Source: Pelagibacterales bacterium SAG-MED19 (GTDB taxonomy: Bacteria > Pseudomonadota > Alphaproteobacteria > Pelagibacterales > Pelagibacteraceae). Taken from it: a stretch of DNA of 64,000 nt. The notes under the pieces are model-generated. The model saw only the letters and a program-made list of their open reading frames with translations. It ran no database searches and was not told the origin of the DNA. Both the position numbers and the translations under genes were made by a program. The stretch covers positions 2,343 to 66,342 of the forward strand of contig JACWDQ010000005.1 of NCBI GenBank assembly GCA_014654035.1. Direction: 5' to 3'. Below are positions 50,488-60,131 of this stretch, piece after piece; position 1 is the first letter of the stretch; each line of letters begins with the position of its first letter.

Positions 50488-51615
50488 TTATTGGTTTATA
50501 AGTTTTTGATACATTTTCTCGTCTGTATCTCCTTCGCAACCAATTAACATCACATTCGAGTCTTTATTTAATCCAATTTTTTCTTTTATTTTTTCGTCCT
50601 CACAACTTGTAATTAAACTGATTACGCCAGGTGCAGAATTTTCTCCAGCAATTATTTTCTCTTCACTAAAACTTGCGTTTCCTAACAGTTTCATAGTTTT
50701 TGCAATATCATCATCTGGTAAACTGATACAATATTTAACAGAGTTTTTTAAGATTTCCCATGGGACCAATGATACTTCTCCACATGACATGCCACCCATT
50801 AAGCTTTCTCTTTTAATATCAATCTTTTCTATTTTGCCAGTTCTAATACTTTCCAAAACGCATGCTGCACTATCTGGCTCAACAGTTATAGTGGTTGGAA
50901 CATTATTAAGATATCTTGCTATACCAGCTATCATTGCTCCTGCCATACCACCTACACCTGCTTGTAAAATTATATGAGTGATTTTGCTTTCATTAATTTG
51001 ATCAATAATTTCTCTCATCATAACTGTATAACCTGCCATGGTATATTTTGGAACAATCATATAATCTTTCCAGGCAACATCTTGAACGATTTGCCAGTTA
51101 TTATCTGTTGATTGTTTAATGCACTCAATTAATGATTTTTCATAATTGCCTTTGACTTTTACGACATCAGCACCAAGATCAGCCATTGCTTGTCCTCTTG
51201 CATCACTAACAAATTCGCTAATAAAAATTTTACATTTAAGACCGAGTCTTCGCGCACCCCAAGCAACAGATCTACCATGATTGCCTGCAGTTGCAGTTGC
51301 AACTACAATGTCTTTATTTCCATTAGAAACCTTTTCCACTGCATAGGCCCCACCTAGTGCCTTAAAAGATTTAAGGTCAAATCTTTTACTTTCATCTTTG
51401 TAAAAAATTTTACTCAATCCTAATTCTTTTGAAAGTTTATTTAATTGTATTAATGGTGTAGGAGAGTATCCTTTCCAACTAGAAATACTTGAGTAAGCAT
51501 CATCAATATCTTTTTTAGATAATGAGCTTAGAATTTTATTTTTATCAAATAAAAAATTATTATTTTCGATAAATTCACTGTGTTTCCACATATGGCCGTT
51601 AGATAAAATTGTCAT
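50488..51615 (-). CDS. dpaL: Diaminopropionate ammonia-lyase (PLP fold II)
   Basis: KDES.RF.LKSFKALGG, TATAGNHGRSVAWGA, QAGVGG, MGGMSCGE. Confidence 0.85.
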   Translation of the reverse strand: MTILSNGHMWKHSEFIENNNFLFDKNKILSSLSKKDIDDAYSSISSWKGYSPTPLIQLNKLSKELGLSKIFYKDESKRFDLKSFKALGGAYAVEKVSNGNKDIVVATATAGNHGRSVAWGARRLGLKCKIFISEFVSDARGQAMADLGADVVKVKGNYEKSLIECIKQSTDNNWQIVQDVAWKDYMIVPKYTMAGYTVMMREIIDQINESKITHIILQAGVGGMAGAMIAGIARYLNNVPTTITVEPDSAACVLESIRTGKIEKIDIKRESLMGGMSCGEVSLVPWEILKNSVKYCISLPDDDIAKTMKLLGNASFSEEKIIAGENSAPGVISLITSCEDEKIKEKIGLNKDSNVMLIGCEGDTDEKMYQKLINQ

Positions 51616-51618
51616 ATT

Positions 51619-52944
51619 CTAACAGTCTAATGTATTATCTCGCTCCCACCTAGTAATAGGTTTCGTTTTATCAAAATTTTCTTTTTGTTTAAATTCTTTA
51701 AGTTCTGAGTTTCTAAGTTTGATATAACTACTTATTGTTTCTTTACCAAATGCATCGTTCATATCTTTATTATTTTTAAGCTTTTCAAGAGATTGATCTA
51801 ATTCATCTGGAAGTTTTGGAAGGTCAGGATACTTTTCATGATCTTCATACATATTACAGTTCAGTGGTTTTCCTGGATCTATCTTATTTTTTAACCCATC
51901 TAAGCCAGCAGCTAAAACACTTGCTTGCAACAAATAAGGATTAGCTGAGCCATCCATTAATCTTAGTTCAAATCTACCTGGATCAGGAATTCTAATCATA
52001 TGAGTTCTATTGTTACCTGTGTAAGAAATACTACTTGGAGACCACGAAGCCCCAGATTTTGTTGGTGGAGCATTAATTCTTCGATAACTGTTAATTGTAG
52101 GATTGAAAAAAGCAGATAATGATGATGCGTTTTTAATTACCCCTCCAAGAAAATTATACGCCATTTTACTTAAACCTAGGTTGTTTGATTTATCTAAAAA
52201 CTTATTTTTATTTCCATCCCAAACAGAAATATGCGCATGACATCCATTTCCAGTTAAATTTTCAAATGGTTTAGGCATGAAAGTTGCTCTTAAACCATGT
52301 TTTTCTGCAATAGTTTTCACCATAAATTTAAAGAAAGTATGTCTATCAGCTGTTACTAAACAGTCATCATAGTCCCAATTCATTTCAAATTGACCATTAG
52401 CATCTTCATGATCATTTTGATAAGGACCCCATCCCATGTTAATCATACAATCACAAATTTCTTTAATTAAATCATATCTTCTCATTAATGCCGATTGATC
52501 ATAGCAGGGCTTTGATTGAGTATCTCTTGGATCAGCTATTGAATTCCCATCTGGTGAAATAAGAAAATATTCACATTCTACACCAGACTTCATTGTAAGA
52601 CCTTTTTTTTCAAGTTTTTTAATTTGGTTTTTAAGCATTACTCTTGGAGATGCTTCTACAGGCTTTCCATTCATCCACAAATCTGATGCTAACCAACCCA
52701 CTTCTTTATTCCACGGTAATTGAATAAGACTATCAGGATCTGGAATTCCAAACATATCAGAGTCAGCAGGGGACATGTCAAGCCATGCAGCAAACCCTGC
52801 AAATCCAGCACCAGCCTCTTGCATTTCTTTAATAGCTCGCGTAGGAACTAATTTTGATCTTAATACTCCAAACAAGTCTACAAAACTAATTAGGAAATAT
52901 TTTATTTTTTTTTCTTTAGCAATTTTGAATAAGTTTTTTGGCAT
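51619..52944 (-). CDS. gmaS: Gamma-glutamylmethylamide synthetase (GS type III/GlnT-like)
   Basis: KYFLISFVDLFG..RSKLVP, GAGFAGFA, KPCYDQ, YQNDHEDANGQFEMNW; context with mgsABC. Confidence 0.8.
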   Translation of the reverse strand: MPKNLFKIAKEKKIKYFLISFVDLFGVLRSKLVPTRAIKEMQEAGAGFAGFAAWLDMSPADSDMFGIPDPDSLIQLPWNKEVGWLASDLWMNGKPVEASPRVMLKNQIKKLEKKGLTMKSGVECEYFLISPDGNSIADPRDTQSKPCYDQSALMRRYDLIKEICDCMINMGWGPYQNDHEDANGQFEMNWDYDDCLVTADRHTFFKFMVKTIAEKHGLRATFMPKPFENLTGNGCHAHISVWDGNKNKFLDKSNNLGLSKMAYNFLGGVIKNASSLSAFFNPTINSYRRINAPPTKSGASWSPSSISYTGNNRTHMIRIPDPGRFELRLMDGSANPYLLQASVLAAGLDGLKNKIDPGKPLNCNMYEDHEKYPDLPKLPDELDQSLEKLKNNKDMNDAFGKETISSYIKLRNSELKEFKQKENFDKTKPITRWERDNTLDC

Positions 52945-52961
52945 AAATTAAATTAACATAA

Positions 52962-53117
52962 TTATTTGAAAAAAGAAAAAATTGTTTCTTTATAATATAT
53001 TAGATTAACAACAATGATTATAATTACTGCTAATATAACTCCATATTTTGCTTTAGGGAATGCAACCCCACGCATTTTGGTTGGTCTTAATTCTTCGTTA
53101 TTATTTTCTTCAGGCAT
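52962..53117 (-). CDS. Small (51 aa) single-TM protein, unknown function
   Basis: Hand translation MPEENNNEELRPTKMRGVAFPKAKYGVILAVIIIIVVNLIYYKETIFSFFK*; fills the gap upstream of gmaS. Confidence 0.6.
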   Translation of the reverse strand: MPEENNNEELRPTKMRGVAFPKAKYGVILAVIIIIVVNLIYYKETIFSFFK

Positions 53118-53133
53118 TTTTTGATTAAAGATT

Positions 53134-53163
53134 AAAAAAGGGCGCCACAGTTAAGTAGCGCCC
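53134..53163 (-). terminator. Intrinsic terminator of the amt operon
   Basis: Minus strand GGGCGCTAC-TTAACT-GTGGCGCCC-TTTTTT (one G:U pair). Confidence 0.85.
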
Positions 53164-53178
53164 AAATTTTATTTTAAA

Positions 53179-53403
53179 TTACCATTCGGTAACATTGCTT
53201 TTATGATCATTTGGACCATGTCTTTTTCTAGAAAGTCTATCAAGCTCATCACTTTCAGACTTTGCTGTCAAAACATGCCAGCCTAACCATAAAACAACAC
53301 CAATAATAACTAGTGTCGTTTCCATTGATCCAGCACCAGGGTAAACAGCGCCAACAACTTCTTCAGCACTTAGGTGATCGATCCAGTTTGTAACTGTAGC
53401 CAT
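53179..53403 (-). CDS. Small (74 aa) single-TM protein co-transcribed with amt
   Basis: AAGGAG RBS at amt stop; TM segment TLVIIGVVLWLGWHVL; followed by terminator. Confidence 0.75.
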   Translation of the reverse strand: MATVTNWIDHLSAEEVVGAVYPGAGSMETTLVIIGVVLWLGWHVLTAKSESDELDRLSRKRHGPNDHKSNVTEW

Positions 53404-53415
53404 ATTTTATCTCCT

Positions 53416-54816
53416 TTACCTGGTTGCAGATGAAACTGCTCTTTCATCTTTTTTAGCAGATTCCATCATTTCGTAGTCAAGTCCAGCTATTTCAACATCT
53501 CGTGGGATTCTTAATTTACCCATTCCATGAAGTACTTTAGCTATTACATAACCTGGTAGCATTCCAAGAACACCAAACATTATTATTGCTCCTAAGAATT
53601 GCCCCAATGGATTGATTGATGCATAAGTTGTTCCGTCCCACATAGCACCAACACTGTAACCAGATGATGGATAACCATTTAAGACAAAACCACATATTAC
53701 TAGACCAACAAATCCAGCATAACCATGTACTGCTACTGCACCAACTGCATCATCGATTTTGAACTTACGCTCAACCCAGTAATGTAGTTTGTATGCAATC
53801 ACAACACCGATCATACCAATGATCATTGCTTGAATTGGATGATATAAATCATTTCCAGCTGAAGCACAGATAACACCTGCTAGTCCACTTGAGTATGTCC
53901 AGAAAGGATCACCTTTAGCAATCCAATAACCGGCTAATAATCCTCCTGATAATGACATCAAGAAGTTGAAAGTAATACCACTAAGTGTAGTAGGGGTTAC
54001 GTATATGTTTGTAGCTGTCCAGTATGTTACACCTTCCATTCCATATTCAGGTCCAAGATCAAATATCGGTATATTACATGCTGCATAAAATCCCCAGAAA
54101 CCAGTATAAATTAAAAATAATCCAACTGTTACTAGCCAAGGATTTCTTGGTCCTATGTTTCTTGGTTCACCACTAGATGAAAACTTACCAATTCTTGGTC
54201 CTAAAACACATAGAACACCTAAAGCAAATCCACCCGCAATTGCGTGAATTACACCCGATGCATAAGCATCATGATATCCTAAAATTTTTAGCATCCATCC
54301 ATCAAAGTGCCATCCCCAAGCAGCGTCAATTGTCCAAAATACAGATCCAATTGCTATTGCTAAAATTCCAAAAGCAAATGTTGTAATTCTTTCAATTATT
54401 GCTCCTGAAACAATAGAAGCAGCTGTCCATGAGAACAGTAAGAAAGCAGCCCAGAATACACCACTTATGTGGTCACCTAAGTTAATCGCCATATATTCTG
54501 TGTTAGCTAAGTACCATTTAGCACTAAAAGTACTTTCATCGGTAATTAAAGCAGTGCTTTCATTCATTATTGAAGGTGCTATTCCCGGTCCTGTTGGGAA
54601 TGCCCAATAAATCCACCAACCAAAGAAAAACCAAGTCACTGTTACCAATGGTATCAGCATTGTATTTTTCATAAGAGTATGTTGATGATGTTTGTATCGA
54701 GAAGCTCCAACTTCATACATACAGAAACCGACGTGAATTAAAAACATCAGTACCACTGTTACCCAGTAGTAAAATTCTGTAAATATAGTAGTAAGAGCAC
54801 CTAACTGATCAGTCAT
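53416..54816 (-). CDS. amt: Amt/Mep/Rh family transporter, atypical (possible methylamine permease)
   Basis: GF.MYEVG, SGAIIER, LGPRIGKF, IDDAVGAVAVHG; twin His retained. Confidence 0.88.
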   Translation of the reverse strand: MTDQLGALTTIFTEFYYWVTVVLMFLIHVGFCMYEVGASRYKHHQHTLMKNTMLIPLVTVTWFFFGWWIYWAFPTGPGIAPSIMNESTALITDESTFSAKWYLANTEYMAINLGDHISGVFWAAFLLFSWTAASIVSGAIIERITTFAFGILAIAIGSVFWTIDAAWGWHFDGWMLKILGYHDAYASGVIHAIAGGFALGVLCVLGPRIGKFSSSGEPRNIGPRNPWLVTVGLFLIYTGFWGFYAACNIPIFDLGPEYGMEGVTYWTATNIYVTPTTLSGITFNFLMSLSGGLLAGYWIAKGDPFWTYSSGLAGVICASAGNDLYHPIQAMIIGMIGVVIAYKLHYWVERKFKIDDAVGAVAVHGYAGFVGLVICGFVLNGYPSSGYSVGAMWDGTTYASINPLGQFLGAIIMFGVLGMLPGYVIAKVLHGMGKLRIPRDVEIAGLDYEMMESAKKDERAVSSATR

Positions 54817-54943
54817 ATTCTCTATCTCCTTATTTAGTTTTGAAAATCCTATAAAATTTTAACAGGTGTGACAAATGAAACAATCTTCTAAAACCTAGTA
54901 TAGGCAATAGATTTTAAAATAAAATCAACTTAAGATTGTGTAA

Positions 54944-55360
54944 TTAAAATTTTAGGTAAGCTTTTTTCAAATCAACAAGAGGATGTTTCGGAGACATTTG
55001 AAATTTAACTAATAACTCTCTTGCTATCATATCTCTATCTTGTTGATTGTCAGGTAGTTTAATAGATTTTGGAATAGTTACCCAACCATTTGCATTTCTA
55101 CAAAATACAGCCGGTCTTCCTTCTTCATAACCCATATGAACATCTTCTAACCAATTCAAATCGTCCCATCCCATTGCTTCTACGTATTTTTTAAGAAATG
55201 GTGTTATCTTTTTATAATCAGGAAGTAAATTAACATCGTATCTATATCCGATATGTTGGCCAATTAGTTTTTCTCTTGCCGTTTCTTTAAAAGTACCAAG
55301 CTTCATTTTCTTTTCTTTTTTTGGTTTGCTTTTTACTTTTTTAGTTTTTTTCTTAGCCAT
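54944..55360 (-). CDS. Hypothetical protein in mgs operon, Lys-rich N-terminus
   Basis: Intact ORF with GAGG RBS, 8 nt after mgsC stop. Confidence 0.75.
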   Translation of the reverse strand: MAKKKTKKVKSKPKKEKKMKLGTFKETAREKLIGQHIGYRYDVNLLPDYKKITPFLKKYVEAMGWDDLNWLEDVHMGYEEGRPAVFCRNANGWVTIPKSIKLPDNQQDRDMIARELLVKFQMSPKHPLVDLKKAYLKF

Positions 55361-55368
55361 TATTACCT

Positions 55369-56778
55369 CTATATTTTATGAAAGTTGTCTACACCAACAG
55401 TATAATTAGTTCCAGCTAGTGGTACTTTAGCTAAAGCAGATGCTTCCGATGTTAATGCGGCCAAATCTTCAGGCTCTAAAGAGTGAATATTAGTTTTACC
55501 ACACGCTCTTGCTAAAAGTTGTGCTTCTAAAGTCATTGAGTGTAAGTAGTTGTATACTCTTAACGCAGCATCATCAGGGTTTAATCTTGCTCTTAATTTT
55601 GGATCTTGTGTTGCAACACCAACTGGACATCTTCCAGTATGACAGTGGTAACATTCACCAGCTTTAACACCCATTTCTTTTTCAAAGTTTGCTTCTGGAA
55701 TATCTTTATTACAGTTTAAAGCTATCATTGATCCAGTACCAATTGCAATTGCATCAGCACCTAATGCTAAAGCTTTTGCCATATCAGCACCATCTCTTAC
55801 TCCACCAGCATAAATTAAAGTTACTTTACCAGTTTTACCAACATCATCTAATGCTCTTCTTGCCTCTCTGATTGCGGCAATACCTGGAATACCTGTGTTT
55901 GCTGCAGCTATGTGAGGACCTGCTCCAGTAGATCCTTCCATACCATCCAGATAAATAGAGTCGGGATCACATTTTGCAGCCATACGAACATCATCATAAA
56001 CTTTTGATGCTCCTAATTTTAATTGAATAGGCACTTTATTTTTTGTTAGCTGTCTTAATTCTTCAACCTTTAAAGCTAAGTCATCTGGACCTAACCAGTC
56101 AGGGTGTCTAGCGGGAGATCTTTGATCAATACCAGAAGGTAACGATCTCATTTCAGCTACTTGATCAGTAACTTTTTGACCCATTAAGTGTCCACCCATT
56201 CCAACCTTTTGTCCTTGACCAATAAATACTTCAATACCATCTGCTAATTGAGCGTGATGAGGATTAAATCCATATCTTGATTGAATACATTGATAATACC
56301 ATTTTTCAGAATATCTTCTTTCGTCAGGTATCATTCCACCTTCACCTGAGCATGTAGCGCTTCCAGCCATTGTTGCTCCTCTTGCTAAAGCAGTTTTTGC
56401 CTCATAAGACAGTGCACCAAAACTCATACCAGTAATATAAACTGGAATATCTAATTCAATTGGATTTTCACATCTAGGACCAATTACAGTTTTTGTTTCA
56501 CATTTTTCTCTGTAACCTTCAATTACAAATCTTGTAAGAGTACCCGGCAAGAAAACCAAATCATCAAAAGTAGGAATTTTTTTCATTAATGCCATTCCAC
56601 GCATTCTGTATCTTCCTAATTGTGATTTAATATGGATATCGTCTATTACTTCAGGAGTAAAAATAGCATTGTGTCCAAGTAAGCTTTTATTTCTCTTACC
56701 TTCTTCGTGTGCATGAACATCTGCTTTTCCACCAACTCCTTTTCCATTTGATTTCTTTTTTACTTTTCTTTTTGCCAT
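55369..56778 (-). CDS. mgsC: FMN-binding glutamate synthase-like subunit (N-methylglutamate synthase C / GlxD)
   Basis: MSFGALS, GEGG, GQG.K.GMGGHL, SPARHPD, CYHCHTGRCPVGVATQ. Confidence 0.8.
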   Translation of the reverse strand: MAKRKVKKKSNGKGVGGKADVHAHEEGKRNKSLLGHNAIFTPEVIDDIHIKSQLGRYRMRGMALMKKIPTFDDLVFLPGTLTRFVIEGYREKCETKTVIGPRCENPIELDIPVYITGMSFGALSYEAKTALARGATMAGSATCSGEGGMIPDERRYSEKWYYQCIQSRYGFNPHHAQLADGIEVFIGQGQKVGMGGHLMGQKVTDQVAEMRSLPSGIDQRSPARHPDWLGPDDLALKVEELRQLTKNKVPIQLKLGASKVYDDVRMAAKCDPDSIYLDGMEGSTGAGPHIAAANTGIPGIAAIREARRALDDVGKTGKVTLIYAGGVRDGADMAKALALGADAIAIGTGSMIALNCNKDIPEANFEKEMGVKAGECYHCHTGRCPVGVATQDPKLRARLNPDDAALRVYNYLHSMTLEAQLLARACGKTNIHSLEPEDLAALTSEASALAKVPLAGTNYTVGVDNFHKI

Positions 56779-57632
56779 TAGATTGCTCCTTTTTTCTCAG
56801 TAGGTTCTAAATTGTCATAATTCCAAAGTTTTTTACCAGCTACTATTTTTTTCATTTTACTAACATCAAAATTTTCACCAATCTCAGCAACTTTTAATTT
56901 TCTTCTAAGCCAATCTTGGTCACTTTTTGTAAGTTCAGCGTCTACAGCATCACTACCATAAGACCCAATTTCTCCACCTACGAAAATTGTCCCATCATAC
57001 ATAGAGTCACCTAAGTTAATTCCAACATCCCCTAAAATGATAATTCTTCCTCTTTGCATCATAAAACCTGTAAATGCACCAGCGTCACCACCTATAATTA
57101 TAGTTCCACCCTTCATATCAATACCAGTTCTGGCCCCAACACTTCCTTTACAGATTAAATCTCCACCTCTGATTGCAGCTCCAAAACATGATCCAGCATT
57201 TTTCTCAATCACTACTTTTCCTGCCATTAAGTTTTCAGCGCAAGACCAACCAACTCTTCCATTAATTCTTACAATAGGACCATCACATGAACCCATTCCA
57301 AAGTAACCTAAACTACCTTCAAAAATTAAATTTAATTTATTTAAGATACCAACCCCTAAGCTGTGTTTACCTTGAGGATTTTTAATTACAATTGTTCCAT
57401 AACCTTCACTCATTAAACTATCTATCTTTTTGTTAGCTTCTGCTGCAGACATATCTTTTACATCAAGATCTGTTCTTTTATTAAAATCTACATCATAAGT
57501 TCCAAAGTAATAGAAATTTTCAGCTTCGTCTGGGTTAAAAAACTTTTGTTGAGTTCTTCCTGTTAGAACTTCGGTATGCATACCCATTGCTTGGGATTTA
57601 GTTTTCTTTTCAGTATTTTTTAGATTTGCCAT
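56778..57632 (-). CDS. mgsB: GXGXG domain subunit (N-methylglutamate synthase B / GlxC)
   Basis: Repeated GXGXG beta-helix motifs. Confidence 0.78.
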   Translation of the reverse strand: MANLKNTEKKTKSQAMGMHTEVLTGRTQQKFFNPDEAENFYYFGTYDVDFNKRTDLDVKDMSAAEANKKIDSLMSEGYGTIVIKNPQGKHSLGVGILNKLNLIFEGSLGYFGMGSCDGPIVRINGRVGWSCAENLMAGKVVIEKNAGSCFGAAIRGGDLICKGSVGARTGIDMKGGTIIIGGDAGAFTGFMMQRGRIIILGDVGINLGDSMYDGTIFVGGEIGSYGSDAVDAELTKSDQDWLRRKLKVAEIGENFDVSKMKKIVAGKKLWNYDNLEPTEKKGAI

Positions 57633-58564
57633 ACTTTAACCTCCCCATCAAATGGATCATAAGTATCAATCTCTTGTGGTAAGATTGATCTGATTGCTAT
57701 TTCTTCTGATCCCATTGCCACTAAATCATCTGACTCATAAAGGACTAAAGGTTTTGCAGCCATGGTATCTTTTGCCATACCTAAAGAGTCTTTTGTTGCA
57801 ACAAAATAAGTAAAAACACCATCTAAACCTGATAATGACTCTTTCATACCTTCTTCCAAACTAGCACCTTCCCTCATCTTCTGAGCAATATAAACAGCAA
57901 TTAATTCTGAGTCACACTCAGACATAAATCTCATTCCTTTATTTTCTAAAGCTCTTCTATTATTCCAATAATTTGTTAATTGACCATTATGTACGACAGA
58001 CACATCACTAAAAGGATATCCCCAAAAAGGATGGGCAGATTTAATATCTACTCCTGACTCTGTTGCCATTCTAGCATGCCCAATTGCATGTGTACCAACA
58101 AGTTTGTCAAGATTATATCTATCACAAACCATTTTTGCATTTCCAAGATCTTTGATTACTTCTAATGATTTACCCATGGAGAGTATTTCAACACCAGGGA
58201 TACTTTCTATTTTTTGGGAAAATTCTAATAAATCTTTTTTATCATATTGAATTTCATATCTAAGAGAATATGGAAGTATTCTTTCTTCTTTAATAATTTT
58301 TGCACCCATTTCAGAAAGGTAGCTATCTACAATTTTTTTTCTTTCATCATAAACAGACACGTCTTCAGCAACAGATGTACTTCCTTCACCTACGTTTTCA
58401 CCAACTTTAAATCTCATAATGAAATTTTTACCATCTGTGTCCCCATAAAGTGCATAACCTGTAGAGTCTTCTCCTCTATGTTTAAGAGCTTGCAGCATTC
58501 CTTGCAATTCATGCCCTACTTTTGAAGATTTACCTCTATGAATTAATCCCGCTATTCCGCACAT
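57620..58564 (-). CDS. mgsA: Class II glutamine amidotransferase subunit (N-methylglutamate synthase A / GlxB)
   Basis: N-terminal MCGIAG, HRG.DSTG, GHARMATES, AHPF, HNGQL.N. Confidence 0.82.
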   Translation of the reverse strand: MCGIAGLIHRGKSSKVGHELQGMLQALKHRGEDSTGYALYGDTDGKNFIMRFKVGENVGEGSTSVAEDVSVYDERKKIVDSYLSEMGAKIIKEERILPYSLRYEIQYDKKDLLEFSQKIESIPGVEILSMGKSLEVIKDLGNAKMVCDRYNLDKLVGTHAIGHARMATESGVDIKSAHPFWGYPFSDVSVVHNGQLTNYWNNRRALENKGMRFMSECDSELIAVYIAQKMREGASLEEGMKESLSGLDGVFTYFVATKDSLGMAKDTMAAKPLVLYESDDLVAMGSEEIAIRSILPQEIDTYDPFDGEVKVWQI

Positions 58565-58591
58565 ATCTTTCCCTCTCTATAATTTTAAAGT

Positions 58592-60061
58592 CTATGGTAG
58601 ACAATCTAAATAAGTATCTAGATCCCATTGAGTTGTTGCACCTAAAAACTTTTCCCATTCATCATTTTTATACCAATGAAATATTTTATACATTTCATCA
58701 GGCATTGCAGATTGAATAACTTTGTCTTCAGATAATCTTTCAAGTGCCTCACCTAAGCTTAAAGGTAATTTTTTTACATCTTTCCCAGCTTTTTGAGCCT
58801 CATAAATATTTCTAGACTCTGGTTTTCCTGGGTCGATATTATTTGTTAGACCATCATCAAAAGCTTTTAATAAAGCAGATCCCATTAAATATGGATTGTG
58901 CATGGAGTCTACTGATCTATATTCAAATCTTCCTGGAGCAGAAACTCTTAATCCACAAGTTCTATTTTGATATCCCCAGTCCGCATATACTGGTGCCCAA
59001 AAACCCTGATCCCACAATCTTCTGTATGAATTCACTGTAGAAGATCCAATAGCTGTTAATGCTGGAAGGTGTTTCATAACACCACCAATAGATTTTAAAC
59101 CTATTTTTCCAGGTAATTGAACATCTTTAGTATCAGGCATAAAAGTATTTGTTCCTCCTTCAACGTAACTAAATACTTCATCCATTCCTGGAATAGACTT
59201 ATGACCTAGTTTGTTTAATTTATCCTTCCCCCCTGTCCATAAAGACATATTTGTGTGACAACCACTTGCAGATACACCCATAAATGGTTTTGTCATAAAA
59301 CAAGCAATTAAATTAAATTCTCTAGCTACCTGTGCACAGATTTGTCTATAAGTTGAAAGTCTGTCTGCATTTCTTAGAACATCATCATACATCCAGTTTA
59401 ATTCTAATTGTCCAGGTGCATCTTCATGATCACCTTGAATCATATCAAAACCCATTGCTCTAGCGTATTCCATAACTTTCATAAATACTGGTCTTAACGA
59501 CTCAAATTGATCAATGTGATAGCAATAAGGTTTTGAAAAACCTTTTCCAGTTGGAGTACCATCTGGATTTTTTGTTAACCACATCATCTCAGGTTCAGTA
59601 CCTACTCTTAATTGATAACCATGTTTCTTCTTAAATTCTTCAGCAATTATTCTTAAATTACCTCTACAATCAGATGTTAAATGTCCACCTGGGTTTTCTC
59701 TTTCTTCTCTGTTTCTAAAACAAGTAACGAATACTCTTGCAACTTTTTTATCCCAAGGCAACTGACAAAAAGTTTCAGGATCAGGGATTCCAACGAGCTC
59801 TTTAGCTTCAGGTCCGTACCCAATATAATTATTATGTCTATCTAAAAATAAGTTTGCAGTCGCACCATAAACTAACTGAAATCCTTTTTCACAAGTTCTC
59901 TCCCAATGGTCAGAAGGGATACCTTTACCAACAACTCTTCCTGTTACGGATATAAATTGAAAAAAAATATACTCAACACCAAGTTCATTTATTTTAGCTC
60001 TAACTTGTTTTACAAGTTTATCTCTACCAGGTTTATTTACGTGTTTTTCTAGATCAGTCAT
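58592..60061 (-). CDS. Second glutamine synthetase-like gamma-glutamyl-amine ligase
   Basis: GTEPE, HEDAPGQLE, FMTKP, SGCH, NRTCGLRV, RFEYRS.D. Confidence 0.85.
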   Translation of the reverse strand: MTDLEKHVNKPGRDKLVKQVRAKINELGVEYIFFQFISVTGRVVGKGIPSDHWERTCEKGFQLVYGATANLFLDRHNNYIGYGPEAKELVGIPDPETFCQLPWDKKVARVFVTCFRNREERENPGGHLTSDCRGNLRIIAEEFKKKHGYQLRVGTEPEMMWLTKNPDGTPTGKGFSKPYCYHIDQFESLRPVFMKVMEYARAMGFDMIQGDHEDAPGQLELNWMYDDVLRNADRLSTYRQICAQVAREFNLIACFMTKPFMGVSASGCHTNMSLWTGGKDKLNKLGHKSIPGMDEVFSYVEGGTNTFMPDTKDVQLPGKIGLKSIGGVMKHLPALTAIGSSTVNSYRRLWDQGFWAPVYADWGYQNRTCGLRVSAPGRFEYRSVDSMHNPYLMGSALLKAFDDGLTNNIDPGKPESRNIYEAQKAGKDVKKLPLSLGEALERLSEDKVIQSAMPDEMYKIFHWYKNDEWEKFLGATTQWDLDTYLDCLP

Positions 60062-60092
60062 AGTCCCCTCTGTTAAGAATTTTTAGTTCAAA

Positions 60093-60121
60093 AAGGTAAC
60101 TGAAAAAAAAACGTCTGTCTA
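60093..60121 (-). promoter_or_regulatory. Putative promoter for the GS-like/mgsABC operon
   Basis: TAGACA-N17-TACCTT on minus strand; GAGGGG RBS downstream. Confidence 0.45.
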
Positions 60122-60131
60122 CTCAGATAAA

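Noticed and set aside
52941-52970. dif-like site (GCATAA...TTAACATAA)
   Set aside because: Arms are not arranged as XerC-N6-XerD and overlap coding ends; AT-rich coincidence
55369-58564. Fragmented gltB pseudogene
   Set aside because: Three intact ORFs with proper starts match the naturally split GlxBCD/MgsABC architecture
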